Positions 17,852 to 27,329 of a stretch of 64,000 bases of DNA are shown here, in pieces. Each line of letters starts with the position of its first letter. The first letter of the stretch is position 1. The position numbers were made by a program, and so were the translations under genes. The DNA lies in IMG/VR virus record IMGVR_UViG_3300046665_000548, positions 1 through 64,000 of that record; one strand, written 5' to 3'. Under the pieces are notes generated by a model. The model made no database searches. It was given only the letters and a program-made list of their open reading frames with translations, and was not told where the DNA came from.

Positions 17852-18133
17852 TTGACTGCGCGCTATCAGCCACTATTCTTGCGGGCAGAAATTGTCAGTG
17901 ATCCGTTGGTCGTGACAATTAGCGAGAACATTGGACATTTGCATAAAAACTGGCTGAAGTCGGATCAGGCTATCGGTGTTTGGAATTTCCAAACATCACA
18001 AAAGGTCATGCACGTTTATCAGCGGAGTAACGGCAAGACAACAATGCTTCCGATCATTCAAACTGAAGTCGTTACTACGATTTGGTTCTCTGATCTGAAA
18101 ACCGCGCTGGGCTTCAAGCTGACCTTCGGATAG
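17852..18133 (+). CDS. Hypothetical protein, FKLRW-ended paralog family
   Basis: Ends WFSDLKTALGFKLTFG. Confidence 0.7.
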   Translation: MTARYQPLFLRAEIVSDPLVVTISENIGHLHKNWLKSDQAIGVWNFQTSQKVMHVYQRSNGKTTMLPIIQTEVVTTIWFSDLKTALGFKLTFG

Positions 18134-18332
18134 TTGGCCCTTTGATCACTCCGTAGACAATGTTCTGCGGGGTGTTCATTCGTATGGGAATCAAAGTATT
18201 CCGTGGGAACCTACGCCGACAGAAAAACATTTCACAGTCGTGCCAGTAACACTCGATCTCGTCGCCCCGGACTTTAGCCACCGTCATCAGGTAGCCTCCA
18301 GCCATATGAACGACGAGATCGCCTACCTTCAT
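18114..18332 (-). CDS. YodC/DUF2158-like protein
   Basis: MKVGDLVVHMAGGYLMTV...CYWHD. Confidence 0.7.
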   Translation of the reverse strand: MKVGDLVVHMAGGYLMTVAKVRGDEIECYWHDCEMFFCRRRFPRNTLIPIRMNTPQNIVYGVIKGPTIRRSA

Positions 18333-19189
18333 TAGATTTTGCGGAATCGGCTCTCGTTGAGCTTGGACATCAGCGTATTGACGCGCTGGCGAATTTCACG
18401 AGCGTCCTTTACCTTAAGTTCCGGAAGAGCGCGCTCGATTTGATCGAACGACGACATAACGTCATCAATGCTCATACAGTCGCTTACATCATTGCAAGCT
18501 ACTTCGGCGCTTCCTGGTGCAGGAAGGGGCTCAGCGGTCGCCTGGACGGCCTGTAAGGGGCACTCAGCAGCGTCGATGGTCGGTGCATGCTCAACCTCGA
18601 TCTCTACCGAAGGGACCTCCAGAGAACCCATAGCATTGTCAGCGGCCGAAGCTGCTGGCTGGCCTGCGTTGGTCATCATGCCGCCCATGCCTGCGAGTTC
18701 TCGCATGCGAGAGAGGTCCATTACGCCAGTCATCCCCATGACTTGCTCTTCAATCTTCAAATTACGACGTTTTTCCATTTTCAACTTCCCATCAATCATA
18801 ACGCCGACAGTATTTCGCGGCCCGTTTGGAATCTTTACGTTACCCTTGCGGCCATCGCGCGTTAGCACTGGGTCGCCTACGTTCGGGTAAATCTCTTCTT
18901 CGCCAAAGTCCTTGTCTTCAACAGGAGTCTCTTCTGACGGAGACTCAACTGGAGTGTTTTGAAAGAGAGGATTGATATCGGCACCGAGATCGTCTTTATC
19001 GTTCTCGTCATCTTCGTCAGTGGCAGTGCCGGACATCAATCGCTTTGCCTCGGCGGCATTGCCATTACCAGCGGCGTCAAGAGCAGCCATCGCGTCGTTC
19101 ACATCTAGCTCTTCGAGCTTTGCGAGAACCGCGTCCTTGTTCATACCCGTCAGGGTAGCAAGCTTGGCGATGAAATTCTTGTCAGCCAT
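18332..19189 (-). CDS. Acidic late/virion protein
   Basis: LSRMRELAG and KLNES motifs; in late operon. Confidence 0.75.
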   Translation of the reverse strand: MADKNFIAKLATLTGMNKDAVLAKLEELDVNDAMAALDAAGNGNAAEAKRLMSGTATDEDDENDKDDLGADINPLFQNTPVESPSEETPVEDKDFGEEEIYPNVGDPVLTRDGRKGNVKIPNGPRNTVGVMIDGKLKMEKRRNLKIEEQVMGMTGVMDLSRMRELAGMGGMMTNAGQPAASAADNAMGSLEVPSVEIEVEHAPTIDAAECPLQAVQATAEPLPAPGSAEVACNDVSDCMSIDDVMSSFDQIERALPELKVKDAREIRQRVNTLMSKLNESRFRKI

Positions 19190-19352
19190 TATCGTTGTCC
19201 TTCATCGCAATGCGAGTGCGCTTCTTAATCTCGTTTTCGGCGCGTTTTTCGACACGCTTCTGCATGTCCTGATTATTGCGCTTGGACCAAACGAACTGGT
19301 TTCCAGAGCACTTAACCGGACAACGACTTTCGAAAATGTCTAAAAGTTGCAT
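19182..19352 (-). CDS. Small late protein
   Basis: MQLLDIFES; behind late promoter. Confidence 0.6.
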   Translation of the reverse strand: MQLLDIFESRCPVKCSGNQFVWSKRNNQDMQKRVEKRAENEIKKRTRIAMKDNDNG

Positions 19353-19375
19353 GTAATCAAAGCCCAAATACGTGG

Positions 19376-19381
19376 TATTTA
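19376..19381 (-). promoter_or_regulatory. T4-like late promoter core
   Basis: cTAAATA on minus strand. Confidence 0.65.
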
Positions 19382-19383
19382 GC

Positions 19384-19413
19384 AAAAAAAGCCCGGCATG
19401 AAGCCGGGCTTTC
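19384..19413 (-). terminator. Intrinsic terminator
   Basis: AAAGCCCGGC-ATGAA-GCCGGGCTTT with a T tract on the minus strand. Confidence 0.85.
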
Positions 19414-19438
19414 TGTATCTCACGAATGAGACGGTAAC

Positions 19439-19810
19439 TTACGCTACGTTCGAAGCGATGGAGACCGTGACGCTCGACAGGTTGGTAACGCTCAGCGAGG
19501 TGAGGAGAGCGTTAACACCGGCCAGAAGAGCCGTCTGAAGGTCAGCAGCAACCCAAGCGCCAACGTGCTCGATGCAGAACACGAAAGTCGTGTTGCTGGA
19601 GCCGTAAGAAGGGACGCCCATGATGACGGGCTGGCCGCGCGTGGAGATAACTTCGATAGCGCGTTCCAGAGCGACCTGGGAGTTAGCGTTGCCGCCAGCC
19701 GAAGCCAGACGAAGATCGCCGCCGTTGAATACGACAGTGTAGTAATCCAGGTTGCTTCCGATGAAGTCACCAGCAGCTACTGCACCGCCTGCCTTGGTAA
19801 TAAGAGCCAT
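19439..19810 (-). CDS. Probable virion structural protein
   Basis: Own late promoter, AAGGA SD and terminator; Ala/Ser/Val-rich. Confidence 0.75.
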   Translation of the reverse strand: MALITKAGGAVAAGDFIGSNLDYYTVVFNGGDLRLASAGGNANSQVALERAIEVISTRGQPVIMGVPSYGSSNTTFVFCIEHVGAWVAADLQTALLAGVNALLTSLSVTNLSSVTVSIASNVA

Positions 19811-19845
19811 TGTATTGTTCCTTTCCAATGAAGGGTTTGTATCAT

Positions 19846-19851
19846 TATTTA
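19846..19851 (-). promoter_or_regulatory. T4-like late promoter core
   Basis: aTAAATA on minus strand. Confidence 0.65.
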
Positions 19852-19882
19852 TGTTAGCGAGTAAAAATCGGTGACTTACATG

Positions 19883-20824
19883 TCACTCGGCGCTACGAAA
19901 TGGTTTTAATACTTGAGGGGAGCCTTCATACGCGTACCAGTTCACACCATCGGTATAGTGAACCTCGCCATTCATCGGCCATCTCTGTCTTGCACGAAGA
20001 GCGGGTATCTTGTCTTCGTACGGGCCGTCAATCACTTCTCGTGTGTGCCGGTCGGTGACATAATAGCCAGTAGACCAGCGCAAAGCTTTCCCCTCGGATA
20101 CTGGAGCACGACGCAATACTAGCGGCTTATCGTCTGTTTTCTTCTTAGGCTTCGAGTAAATGCCCCAATCGCCATCGGCATCAAATCCCGCTCCGAGACC
20201 ACCGGCCACAGTTGCCACGTTCGAAGAGCAGCTTGCACCAGACGACGCGTCTTCTCGCAACTCTAGCTCACGTTCCATCAGAAAGTGGATGTGTCCGAGC
20301 AGTTCACTTTTGGGGGCACGGGATCGAAGCATCATGTGCAAACGAGTCAACGCTAGTTTCTTGTCCGGGCTCTCCAGAGTCGGCCATTCCATGATCATGC
20401 GGCGAAGACTGCGCATAGCCACGTCGGAGATACGGAGATCAAAATCTAAGCGGACAAATAAGCGTCGGGTTTGCTCATCATGGGGGTGACCCATGGCGTA
20501 CTCTTTGAGCCATCCCATGACTAGCTTGTGGTTCAGCGGATACCAGCTTGAACCCTCCTCGTGCTGCTCCGGCTTAATTGCGTGCAGCAATACGTAAAGA
20601 TCAGTAGCGTTGTTTCGCCACTGATCAAAATTGCCCCAGGTCACAGTCTTGCGGGCGTATTCTCGTGCCCATCTGGTTGTTTCTAGTTCTAAGAACGCGA
20701 TGCGCATTGCGCAAAGGTATAGGAACGTCAATTCCCCGATCTGCTTGGCTTTGTAGCGCTCAAGCGATGCTTTTGACGGGAACAGACTGCTTTCTGACAG
20801 TTGGGATAAGAAAGAAAAACTCAC
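19883..20824 (-). CDS. Late/virion protein
   Basis: MSFSFLSQLSES; TAAATA 4 nt upstream (20829-20834). Confidence 0.8.
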   Translation of the reverse strand: MSFSFLSQLSESSLFPSKASLERYKAKQIGELTFLYLCAMRIAFLELETTRWAREYARKTVTWGNFDQWRNNATDLYVLLHAIKPEQHEEGSSWYPLNHKLVMGWLKEYAMGHPHDEQTRRLFVRLDFDLRISDVAMRSLRRMIMEWPTLESPDKKLALTRLHMMLRSRAPKSELLGHIHFLMERELELREDASSGASCSSNVATVAGGLGAGFDADGDWGIYSKPKKKTDDKPLVLRRAPVSEGKALRWSTGYYVTDRHTREVIDGPYEDKIPALRARQRWPMNGEVHYTDGVNWYAYEGSPQVLKPFRSAE

Positions 20825-20827
20825 GCA

Positions 20828-21025
20828 CTATTTAGTGTGTGTTTCATCATGCATTACATTGCCGAGCCAGCGCATTACCTCCTCGGCAAAGAGATTCGCT
20901 TTTGTTTTGTGGCCATTGACAAAGATGTCATACCGCATCGACAAGCAAAGTCTCGTATCGAGGGCGAAGTTTATGACGATCTTCTTCCCTCGATGTTTAA
21001 TGTCGATGATTGGCTTAGCCGCCAC
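20828..21025 (-). CDS. Hypothetical protein
   Basis: Operon position; TAG stop. Confidence 0.55.
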   Translation of the reverse strand: MAAKPIIDIKHRGKKIVINFALDTRLCLSMRYDIFVNGHKTKANLFAEEVMRWLGNVMHDETHTK

Positions 21026-21266
21026 TTACAACCTGCTGCGGTTGCTGTTGGGCTCTGGCGCGAAAGTATTCCAAGACGAACAGCCGGATTGCTGACGACA
21101 GATTGCCGTGTTTGCGATTGGCGTCGATCTCTGCGATGACCCCCGCAACATTCATTTTGCGCAGGTTGGCAATTTCCTTCACGCCGCTCCAGAACTCCTC
21201 TTCGAGGCTCACGCTCGTCTTGTGACCCGCAACAACAACGGATCGCTTCACTACCGGTGATTTCAT
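21015..21266 (-). CDS. Ribbon-helix-helix protein (alphaproteobacterial RHH_4 type)
   Basis: KRSVVVAGHKTSVSLEEEFW...NLSSAIRLFVL. Confidence 0.9.
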   Translation of the reverse strand: MKSPVVKRSVVVAGHKTSVSLEEEFWSGVKEIANLRKMNVAGVIAEIDANRKHGNLSSAIRLFVLEYFRARAQQQPQQVVSGG

Positions 21267-21632
21267 TTACTTAAGCTCCACCGAGACGTTCAACGTCGAG
21301 CAGCCGCCACCGGCTCGGTTGCTGCCGCAAATTCGCAGTGAAAAACTGTCTTGGCCATCAAAGTTACGACCCGGAACGTAAACTGCTCCGGATGTCGAAG
21401 TCTGAGCCGAGCCCTTCTGCGGCCGAGCGACGAGTGAAACTTTCTCGACCGTTGCTACGCCACTCAAAACCCATGCAAGCCTGCACGTCCCGGCGCGACT
21501 ACCCGTAAGAGAGACCTGTTCGGTCTCGTTCTGATATTTCCAGTTCATTCGAGACTGTTGACAGTCCGCCCAAGCCGATGAAGATGCCAGCAGGCTCGCG
21601 CCAATGATCAATCCAAGTACACGATGTCTCAT
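21267..21632 (-). CDS. Secreted small beta protein
   Basis: Signal peptide ending AWA; YVPGRNFDGQDSFS. Confidence 0.75.
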   Translation of the reverse strand: MRHRVLGLIIGASLLASSSAWADCQQSRMNWKYQNETEQVSLTGSRAGTCRLAWVLSGVATVEKVSLVARPQKGSAQTSTSGAVYVPGRNFDGQDSFSLRICGSNRAGGGCSTLNVSVELK

Positions 21633-21660
21633 TTTGTATTCATCTCTCCGTTGATCTTAG

Positions 21661-22024
21661 AGATGATTACATACTTCTTGCCACGTCAAGCGTTTTTTGA
21701 TCTTAATCCGGAACGGGTACCGTTAGAGATAGCCGCTGCCGTATTGCTCGGCAAATTCCTGGGCAGATGCTTCGTTGTCCGCTCGCCACGCAAGATATCG
21801 ACCCGATTCGCCCCTCATCCCCTCTTCCGCAGCCCTCACGAACTGCTCGCCAGTAAACTGATGGATGGTCGTTTCTGCGGGGTCGCAACCGGGATTTCGG
21901 GATTCGGACGCTTCAGCGTCGTACGCCGCACGAAAGGCCGTAATAAACCGCGAAATAAAGCCCATAATCATCTCCATGTTGTATGAAGATGATCACATAC
22001 TTTCGCAATCTGTCAAGCGTTTTT
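21661..22024 (-). repeat. Two near-identical promoter cassettes (21661-21698 and 21987-22024)
   Basis: AGATGATyACATACTT...GTCAAGCGTTTTT twice, i.e. TTGAC promoters on minus. Confidence 0.7.
21723..21977 (-). CDS. Hypothetical protein
   Basis: Between the duplicated promoters; start uncertain. Confidence 0.6.
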   Translation of the reverse strand: MEMIMGFISRFITAFRAAYDAEASESRNPGCDPAETTIHQFTGEQFVRAAEEGMRGESGRYLAWRADNEASAQEFAEQYGSGYL

Positions 22025-23710
22025 GGAAGCGTTAATGTAGGACCAAAGCGTGGCGGCCATCTTCTGGTAGCCTTCTTTACCAGAAGCAAGTGTCGTCATC
22101 ATCGTTTCAAACTCTTCGAAGCTTCGTGCCTGCTGGGCGGCTTTGAATATCTCGGTGGCGCTTTGGGGATCAACACCGGCCTGCCGCATATGCTTGGCAA
22201 AGCTGGAGTTCCGGTTGGTCGATGTAGCCTGTGGTTTGGCACCACCAGTGTTTGGCTGAACGCTTTGTGGTCCAGACTGCCCATAACGCTGTCCAGGAAA
22301 ACTGCCTGTTTGGCGATACCGAAGATATTGAGACATCTTCGGGTCCATCGGGCTCAGCTTACGCGATGCGTCCAGAATTTGTGGGTCATGGAGGAGTTTC
22401 ATCACGATGGATGAAACGATCTTGTCGAAACCTTCCTTTGAAACCGGATCATTGGTAGCCTCGAAGAATAGGCGGAAGCTTTCATTGATTTTGCGCTTGT
22501 TGCTGACGCCATTCTCGATCAGGTAGACGGCATAGTCGATAACGCGCTCAAAGCTTTCTTTTCTGGTCGGACGTAGACCTGCCTTCTGAAGCTCACCGTT
22601 CAAATCGTAATCGGTAGGTTGCTGATCCCGCGCCGCCATCAAAGGCTGCATGATCTTCTGAAGCTCAGGCATGCTCTTCATCAATGAAGGGTTCTGCTTC
22701 AGCTTCTGAAGGAACGCGATGGCCCTATTCTTTTCGGTTCCACCATGGTCAACAGCAAACCCGACAAGCTCTTTCACGAGCGGAAGAATGGTTCCCTTAT
22801 CGTAGGTCGGCTTAGCAGAGTCGGTCGCAGCACCGCTGTTAACGGCGGCCATGATATCGCTAAACGACTTGTTCTGAAAGTTCGCGAACGTTGGATTCAT
22901 CGCCTGAGTGGGAGAATTTCCTTGTGTCGCCCAAAGTGTCGGCTGTAGCGGCTTCGGCTTGGCCTTAGGCGTGCGTGGGCGACGTGCTGCTGGGGTGGCT
23001 GGAGCCGCCGCAGACGGAGCCGGAGTAGCAGCAGCAGGCGCTGCGGCAGGCGTAGCCGTGGGAGTGGGAGCGGAGATGGCCGGAGCAACTGGCGTGGCTG
23101 GTGGCACTGCGGCCGGAGCAGGCGCAGCGCTCGAAGCAGCAGGCGCAGCGTTAGAGTTTGCGGCGGGTCTGTCGTACCCAGGCCAGCCATCGGCTGCTCT
23201 TTTTGCCGCTGTTGCCGGATTAGGTCTGGCCGTGCCGTCACGTCCAACCGAGAATTGATCACTCCAACGTCCGCCCGATGCGCTAGGAGCGCTGGCGGCG
23301 GGAGCCGTCGAGGCCGGGGTAGAAGCCTGTGGGGCAGCAGGAGACGATTGCGGAGCGGCGGCTGCTGCTGGAGCGGCTGCCTGCGGAGATGAAGCTGGCG
23401 CAGGCTTCTCAAAATCATCAGGAGATAGTTGGACATGATAGTAGAGATTTGCGAATGCTGTAATCTGGCCTTCGGTAGGCTCTTTGATACCATGAGTGGA
23501 CGCATATTCGGTCCAGTCGCTGTTGACTTTCTTCTGCCAATCCCGACGCAGTTTGTTACCGGCACTGGTTTTACCACCAGAATTTTTGATGGCTTCTACG
23601 CCCTTCTTGGCAAGCTTATGGATTCCCTTAGCAGCAGCAACAGCACCATTTGCTACCAAATCCTCTGCATGACCAAGTGGGCCTTTTTCGTCAACGCGCT
23701 TCGTAGTCAT
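22013..23710 (-). CDS. Ala/Pro-rich late/virion protein
   Basis: 565 aa; LIEN and INESF motifs; late operon. Confidence 0.8.
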   Translation of the reverse strand: MTTKRVDEKGPLGHAEDLVANGAVAAAKGIHKLAKKGVEAIKNSGGKTSAGNKLRRDWQKKVNSDWTEYASTHGIKEPTEGQITAFANLYYHVQLSPDDFEKPAPASSPQAAAPAAAAAPQSSPAAPQASTPASTAPAASAPSASGGRWSDQFSVGRDGTARPNPATAAKRAADGWPGYDRPAANSNAAPAASSAAPAPAAVPPATPVAPAISAPTPTATPAAAPAAATPAPSAAAPATPAARRPRTPKAKPKPLQPTLWATQGNSPTQAMNPTFANFQNKSFSDIMAAVNSGAATDSAKPTYDKGTILPLVKELVGFAVDHGGTEKNRAIAFLQKLKQNPSLMKSMPELQKIMQPLMAARDQQPTDYDLNGELQKAGLRPTRKESFERVIDYAVYLIENGVSNKRKINESFRLFFEATNDPVSKEGFDKIVSSIVMKLLHDPQILDASRKLSPMDPKMSQYLRYRQTGSFPGQRYGQSGPQSVQPNTGGAKPQATSTNRNSSFAKHMRQAGVDPQSATEIFKAAQQARSFEEFETMMTTLASGKEGYQKMAATLWSYINASKNA

Positions 23711-23716
23711 GGGTGC

Positions 23717-23980
23717 TTAGACCTTTTTCTTGGATTCCCTAATCTGCTGGATTTTACGACGAAATTTGCCGTCATCCTGGCTCTTGATGCTGTTGAAGAG
23801 CCGACGAGTAAGCTCGTCGGCCGTCTCAGAATCATAATTCTCTTTGATAAGGTTCATTAGGTGCGTGACGCTGCTAATGACCTGGATAGCTCTGCCTTCG
23901 ATGAACAGATCACTGTTCGTCGCTGTCTTTGGTACGTAATCCGCTAATTCATCCAGAATACTGGAAAACTTCTTATCCAA
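23717..23980 (-). CDS. Phage late protein
   Basis: SILDEL...IEGRA...LIKENY...RRLFNSIKSQDDGKFRRKI. Confidence 0.8.
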   Translation of the reverse strand: MDKKFSSILDELADYVPKTATNSDLFIEGRAIQVISSVTHLMNLIKENYDSETADELTRRLFNSIKSQDDGKFRRKIQQIRESKKKV

Positions 23981-24260
23981 GATTTTGTCTGCCTTCTTTG
24001 TGCCTGCGGATCAGATTTTCGACCATTTCGGCCGCATTTGCGAAACCGTCTTCATAACCAAGGGCGTAATCCCCGCCCGAGGTTTCCATTACAGAGCGCA
24101 TCTTAAAAACAAGTTCTTCCAGATCACTAATAATAATGGGGGTAATAGCAGGTTCAGATGTGACCTCCTCTACCACGGGCTCATTGTCCGCGCTTTTGCG
24201 CAGGTTTTCAGCGAGCACGATGTACTCCTTCATATAGTCAAGATGATCTAAAGCATGCAT
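23973..24260 (-). CDS. Late protein
   Basis: TAAATA (24268-24273) 7 nt upstream of ATG. Confidence 0.7.
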   Translation of the reverse strand: MHALDHLDYMKEYIVLAENLRKSADNEPVVEEVTSEPAITPIIISDLEELVFKMRSVMETSGGDYALGYEDGFANAAEMVENLIRRHKEGRQNLG

Positions 24261-24287
24261 GATAGGCTATTTAGCCTTTCACTCATC

Positions 24288-25742
24288 TCAGTTCTCGTTA
24301 CGATTTCTGATCTTGCTCATTAGAGACATCATGTCGTTACGAGGCGTCGCCGCAGGGGCTTGTTCTGCCGGTGCATTAACGCTCGTGGTAACCTGAGCTT
24401 GTTTCGTCTTCTTGTCGGCAAGCTCTGCTTTCACCTCTTCGGTCGTCTTAGGTCGCAGAGTATCCTCTGTTCCCTCCGGATCGGTAATACGGAGCGACGA
24501 TGGGTCGTACGCAAGCTCGATCTTCTGGCCAACTGCTGCTGACGAACGTGTCTTCAAGAATTGAATTTGATAGACACCGCGATCACGCATGGCCTGGGAC
24601 GTGAAGATACCAAACAGAGCGTCGCACGAGTTGATCTTCGAGATACCGCCCGCGATGTGACTGTGATCGAACTCCTGAGCTTCGACCGATTGACGGTTAA
24701 GCTGAGAGGCAGACACCATCAGACAGTCCAGATCGAACGACATGGCACGCAATTCTTCTGAAACATACTTGTCCTTTGCGAACAGGTTTGTGGGGTCGAT
24801 GCGCTTGTTGTTCGGATGAAGCAGATCGAGATAGTCGATGACCAGCGCATCAACCTTCTCACCAGTCTTGATCTCTACCTCTTTCACGTAGGCGCGAAGG
24901 TCGTTGGCCGACGTGCCTGCCTCAGGAAATTTCTTCAGACGAAGCTTGCCTTTGTTTTCCATCCTGGTTTTCTGGATGGTGTAGGCAACTTCCTTCATGT
25001 TTGGGAAGATTTCCTTGGTGCTGAAACCCGACACCATGGCGTCGAGGCGCATAGCCACAAGGTCTTCTGCAAGCTCAAGGGTGATGTACAGGACGTTTAG
25101 ACCCTGAAAGGTCCAATTGAGTGCGAGGTTCTGAAGCCAGAGGCTCTTGCCCGAGCCTGAACCACCCGCGAACAAGTAAAGCGCCTTGCGCGTGAAGCCG
25201 CCGTAGAGCTTGTCATCAAGCGTCTTCCAACCCGTGGACACAAAGTTAGATTTGTCCCTCAACCGCTCAAGCCTCTGTATTGGATTATCGAAGTAATCCA
25301 TACCCAAGTCGCGTGTCAGACTGATCTGCTGGGCTTCTTTAACCCGTCGCTCAACCTCGGCCCCTTGGCCCTGCTCCAAAAGGTCTACCGATTCGATGAT
25401 GGTGAGTTCAAGTGCTTTGTAACGACAGAAGCCCTCAATGTGCTTGAGATACCATTCTTTATGAGCGCCGAAGTCCTGGAATGGTTCGACAGTCGTATTC
25501 GTCATCCCCTTCAACATCTCGAAGGTGGGAGTGCGATGGTGCTCGTTGGCGTAATCGAGAATGAAACGTGCTGCGGGTCGCAGCGGGGCATCAAAAAACT
25601 CTGGCTGGATAATGTTTTGGGAGAGCGCGAAGCACTCAGAATCCGTCATCAAATAGGAAAGTAAAAGATTTTGTAGTCCAGCGTGATAGTTCTCGTGCGT
25701 ATCCTTGAGATCGGTTTTCTTCTTATTATTGAAATCATTCAT
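24288..25742 (-). CDS. 41: DnaB-like replicative helicase (T4 gp41-like)
   Basis: AGGSGSGKS, YITLEL, LVIDYLD, SASQLNR, KTR. Confidence 0.95.
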   Translation of the reverse strand: MNDFNNKKKTDLKDTHENYHAGLQNLLLSYLMTDSECFALSQNIIQPEFFDAPLRPAARFILDYANEHHRTPTFEMLKGMTNTTVEPFQDFGAHKEWYLKHIEGFCRYKALELTIIESVDLLEQGQGAEVERRVKEAQQISLTRDLGMDYFDNPIQRLERLRDKSNFVSTGWKTLDDKLYGGFTRKALYLFAGGSGSGKSLWLQNLALNWTFQGLNVLYITLELAEDLVAMRLDAMVSGFSTKEIFPNMKEVAYTIQKTRMENKGKLRLKKFPEAGTSANDLRAYVKEVEIKTGEKVDALVIDYLDLLHPNNKRIDPTNLFAKDKYVSEELRAMSFDLDCLMVSASQLNRQSVEAQEFDHSHIAGGISKINSCDALFGIFTSQAMRDRGVYQIQFLKTRSSAAVGQKIELAYDPSSLRITDPEGTEDTLRPKTTEEVKAELADKKTKQAQVTTSVNAPAEQAPAATPRNDMMSLMSKIRNRNEN

Positions 25743-26824
25743 TAGTATAGCAACTTCCTTTGTTGAGCAATCTTAGCAGGATTTTTAGTAGCAGTCTGAA
25801 TTATAGAAAGTATTGTCCAGATTCGCCCATATCTCTTTACAGCTTCGGCAGGGTCTTTTACGTCGTGCTCCCACCAATTCATCGTGGCGTTCTCTTCGCG
25901 AAACGCGGGGAATGCCACATGCCATTTCTGCTCCAGTGCTACATCAATAAGAGCATTGCCGCGCCGATCACGATCAGGAACGAGGATTGGAATCTTGCCG
26001 TAGCTGTTGATCCACGCAATCTGTTGTGCGTTGAGGCGAGAGCCTAGTGTTCCAGCAGCATCAATTGCGATTGCATCAAAGATGCCTTCGCACAAAAGTA
26101 TGTACTTACGATCTGCTAGGCCGAACGTGCGGGCGTTGTAGATGTAGTTCGGTCCGACCTCCATGTGATAGCGCTGACTCGAATCAGGATCGATATGGCG
26201 CGAGGTATACCCGACTGTCTGGCTCATATGGGTGAGCGGAATGATCACGCGGCGGTTCATGCCGTGCTTTCCCGGCTCTGGTGTCCAGTAATATGGAACT
26301 GCGGTCGCGATCTCCTCGCCACGCGAATACAAGTATTCGAGAACTGCCAAGAAGTTTGGGTCTGGCTCGTTCGTTTCGTAATGCGCCGCCCATTTTTCCA
26401 AAGTCTGTGCTCCGGTCGGAAGGGAGCGGCTTTCAAAGGTCGGCACAAACGTTTCTGGCAGGAGCGCCATCGCTTCAGGGCTAGACTCGAACATCGAGCG
26501 ATACTGCATCGCCTTATGGTTCAAGCGCTTCACGTCCATATCGGACATGCCAAGCTCCATCAAAAAGCTTTGCAAGCCCTTTGATAGTAAGGTCCCACTC
26601 ACGTACTTTGCTGCGAAACCACAATTGAAGCAGTGGATTTTGATTTCATTGGTACGTGTGATGCCGCACCGGAAGCGACGATCAGCCGACTCTCCACGGC
26701 GAACGCACATCGGGCAACAAATTTCGATTGTGCTGCGCTTATTACGACGACGAGCGGGGAGATTGTTCGTGATCGCGTTCCAGACGAAATCGTCCGAAAT
26801 CAATCGCTCAATAAAACTGGCCAT
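25742..26824 (-). CDS. 61: DNA primase (T4 gp61-like)
   Basis: CPMC...HCFNC zinc finger; Toprim EGIFDA and PDRD. Confidence 0.9.
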   Translation of the reverse strand: MASFIERLISDDFVWNAITNNLPARRRNKRSTIEICCPMCVRRGESADRRFRCGITRTNEIKIHCFNCGFAAKYVSGTLLSKGLQSFLMELGMSDMDVKRLNHKAMQYRSMFESSPEAMALLPETFVPTFESRSLPTGAQTLEKWAAHYETNEPDPNFLAVLEYLYSRGEEIATAVPYYWTPEPGKHGMNRRVIIPLTHMSQTVGYTSRHIDPDSSQRYHMEVGPNYIYNARTFGLADRKYILLCEGIFDAIAIDAAGTLGSRLNAQQIAWINSYGKIPILVPDRDRRGNALIDVALEQKWHVAFPAFREENATMNWWEHDVKDPAEAVKRYGRIWTILSIIQTATKNPAKIAQQRKLLY

Positions 26825-26890
26825 GAAACAACTTAATCAATGAATTCCCGATCCTATCGAATCAGGCTCGGCCAAGTCAATTGATCAGAG

Positions 26891-27271
26891 TTATTCGTCG
26901 TCCGGGCGACGCACGAGAGTAACCTGTCGCTTTCTCACACGACGAGCGATGGTCTCTTGTAAGCTCACCGCTGGTCCAGCAATCAAGTTGAAGTCCTTTC
27001 TTGAGAAATGCTTCAAGAATGGCCTGAAGGGACGAAAGTCCTGGCCGAGGAAAATGTTGATCGGGATTTGACGATTCGACTCCCACCACCAACGCTCGCC
27101 AAGCTCTAGAAACTCTTTTCGCAGTTCTTCAACTGGGATGAGGTCCAAGACGTACATGGAAAGCAATTGGTTATCAGAGTTCTGAATGATCCCCAAATAA
27201 TGAACTTCTTGCAGGCATCCGTACGATAAGAACGGAAAGCTCTCAAGGATTTTTGCGACGCGTGTATCCAT
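26891..27271 (-). CDS. Phage protein of unknown function
   Basis: FPFLS...WWWESNRQIPINIFL; late promoter 10 nt upstream. Confidence 0.8.
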   Translation of the reverse strand: MDTRVAKILESFPFLSYGCLQEVHYLGIIQNSDNQLLSMYVLDLIPVEELRKEFLELGERWWWESNRQIPINIFLGQDFRPFRPFLKHFSRKDFNLIAGPAVSLQETIARRVRKRQVTLVRRPDDE

Positions 27272-27281
27272 AATATGGGGG

Positions 27282-27324
27282 TATTTAGTATAGAAAAAAC
27301 AACGTTGATCGAACGCGATAAATA
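27282..27324. promoter_or_regulatory. Back-to-back late promoters
   Basis: TATTTA 27282-27287 (minus) and TAAATA 27319-27324 (plus). Confidence 0.7.
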
Positions 27325-27329
27325 TCTTC

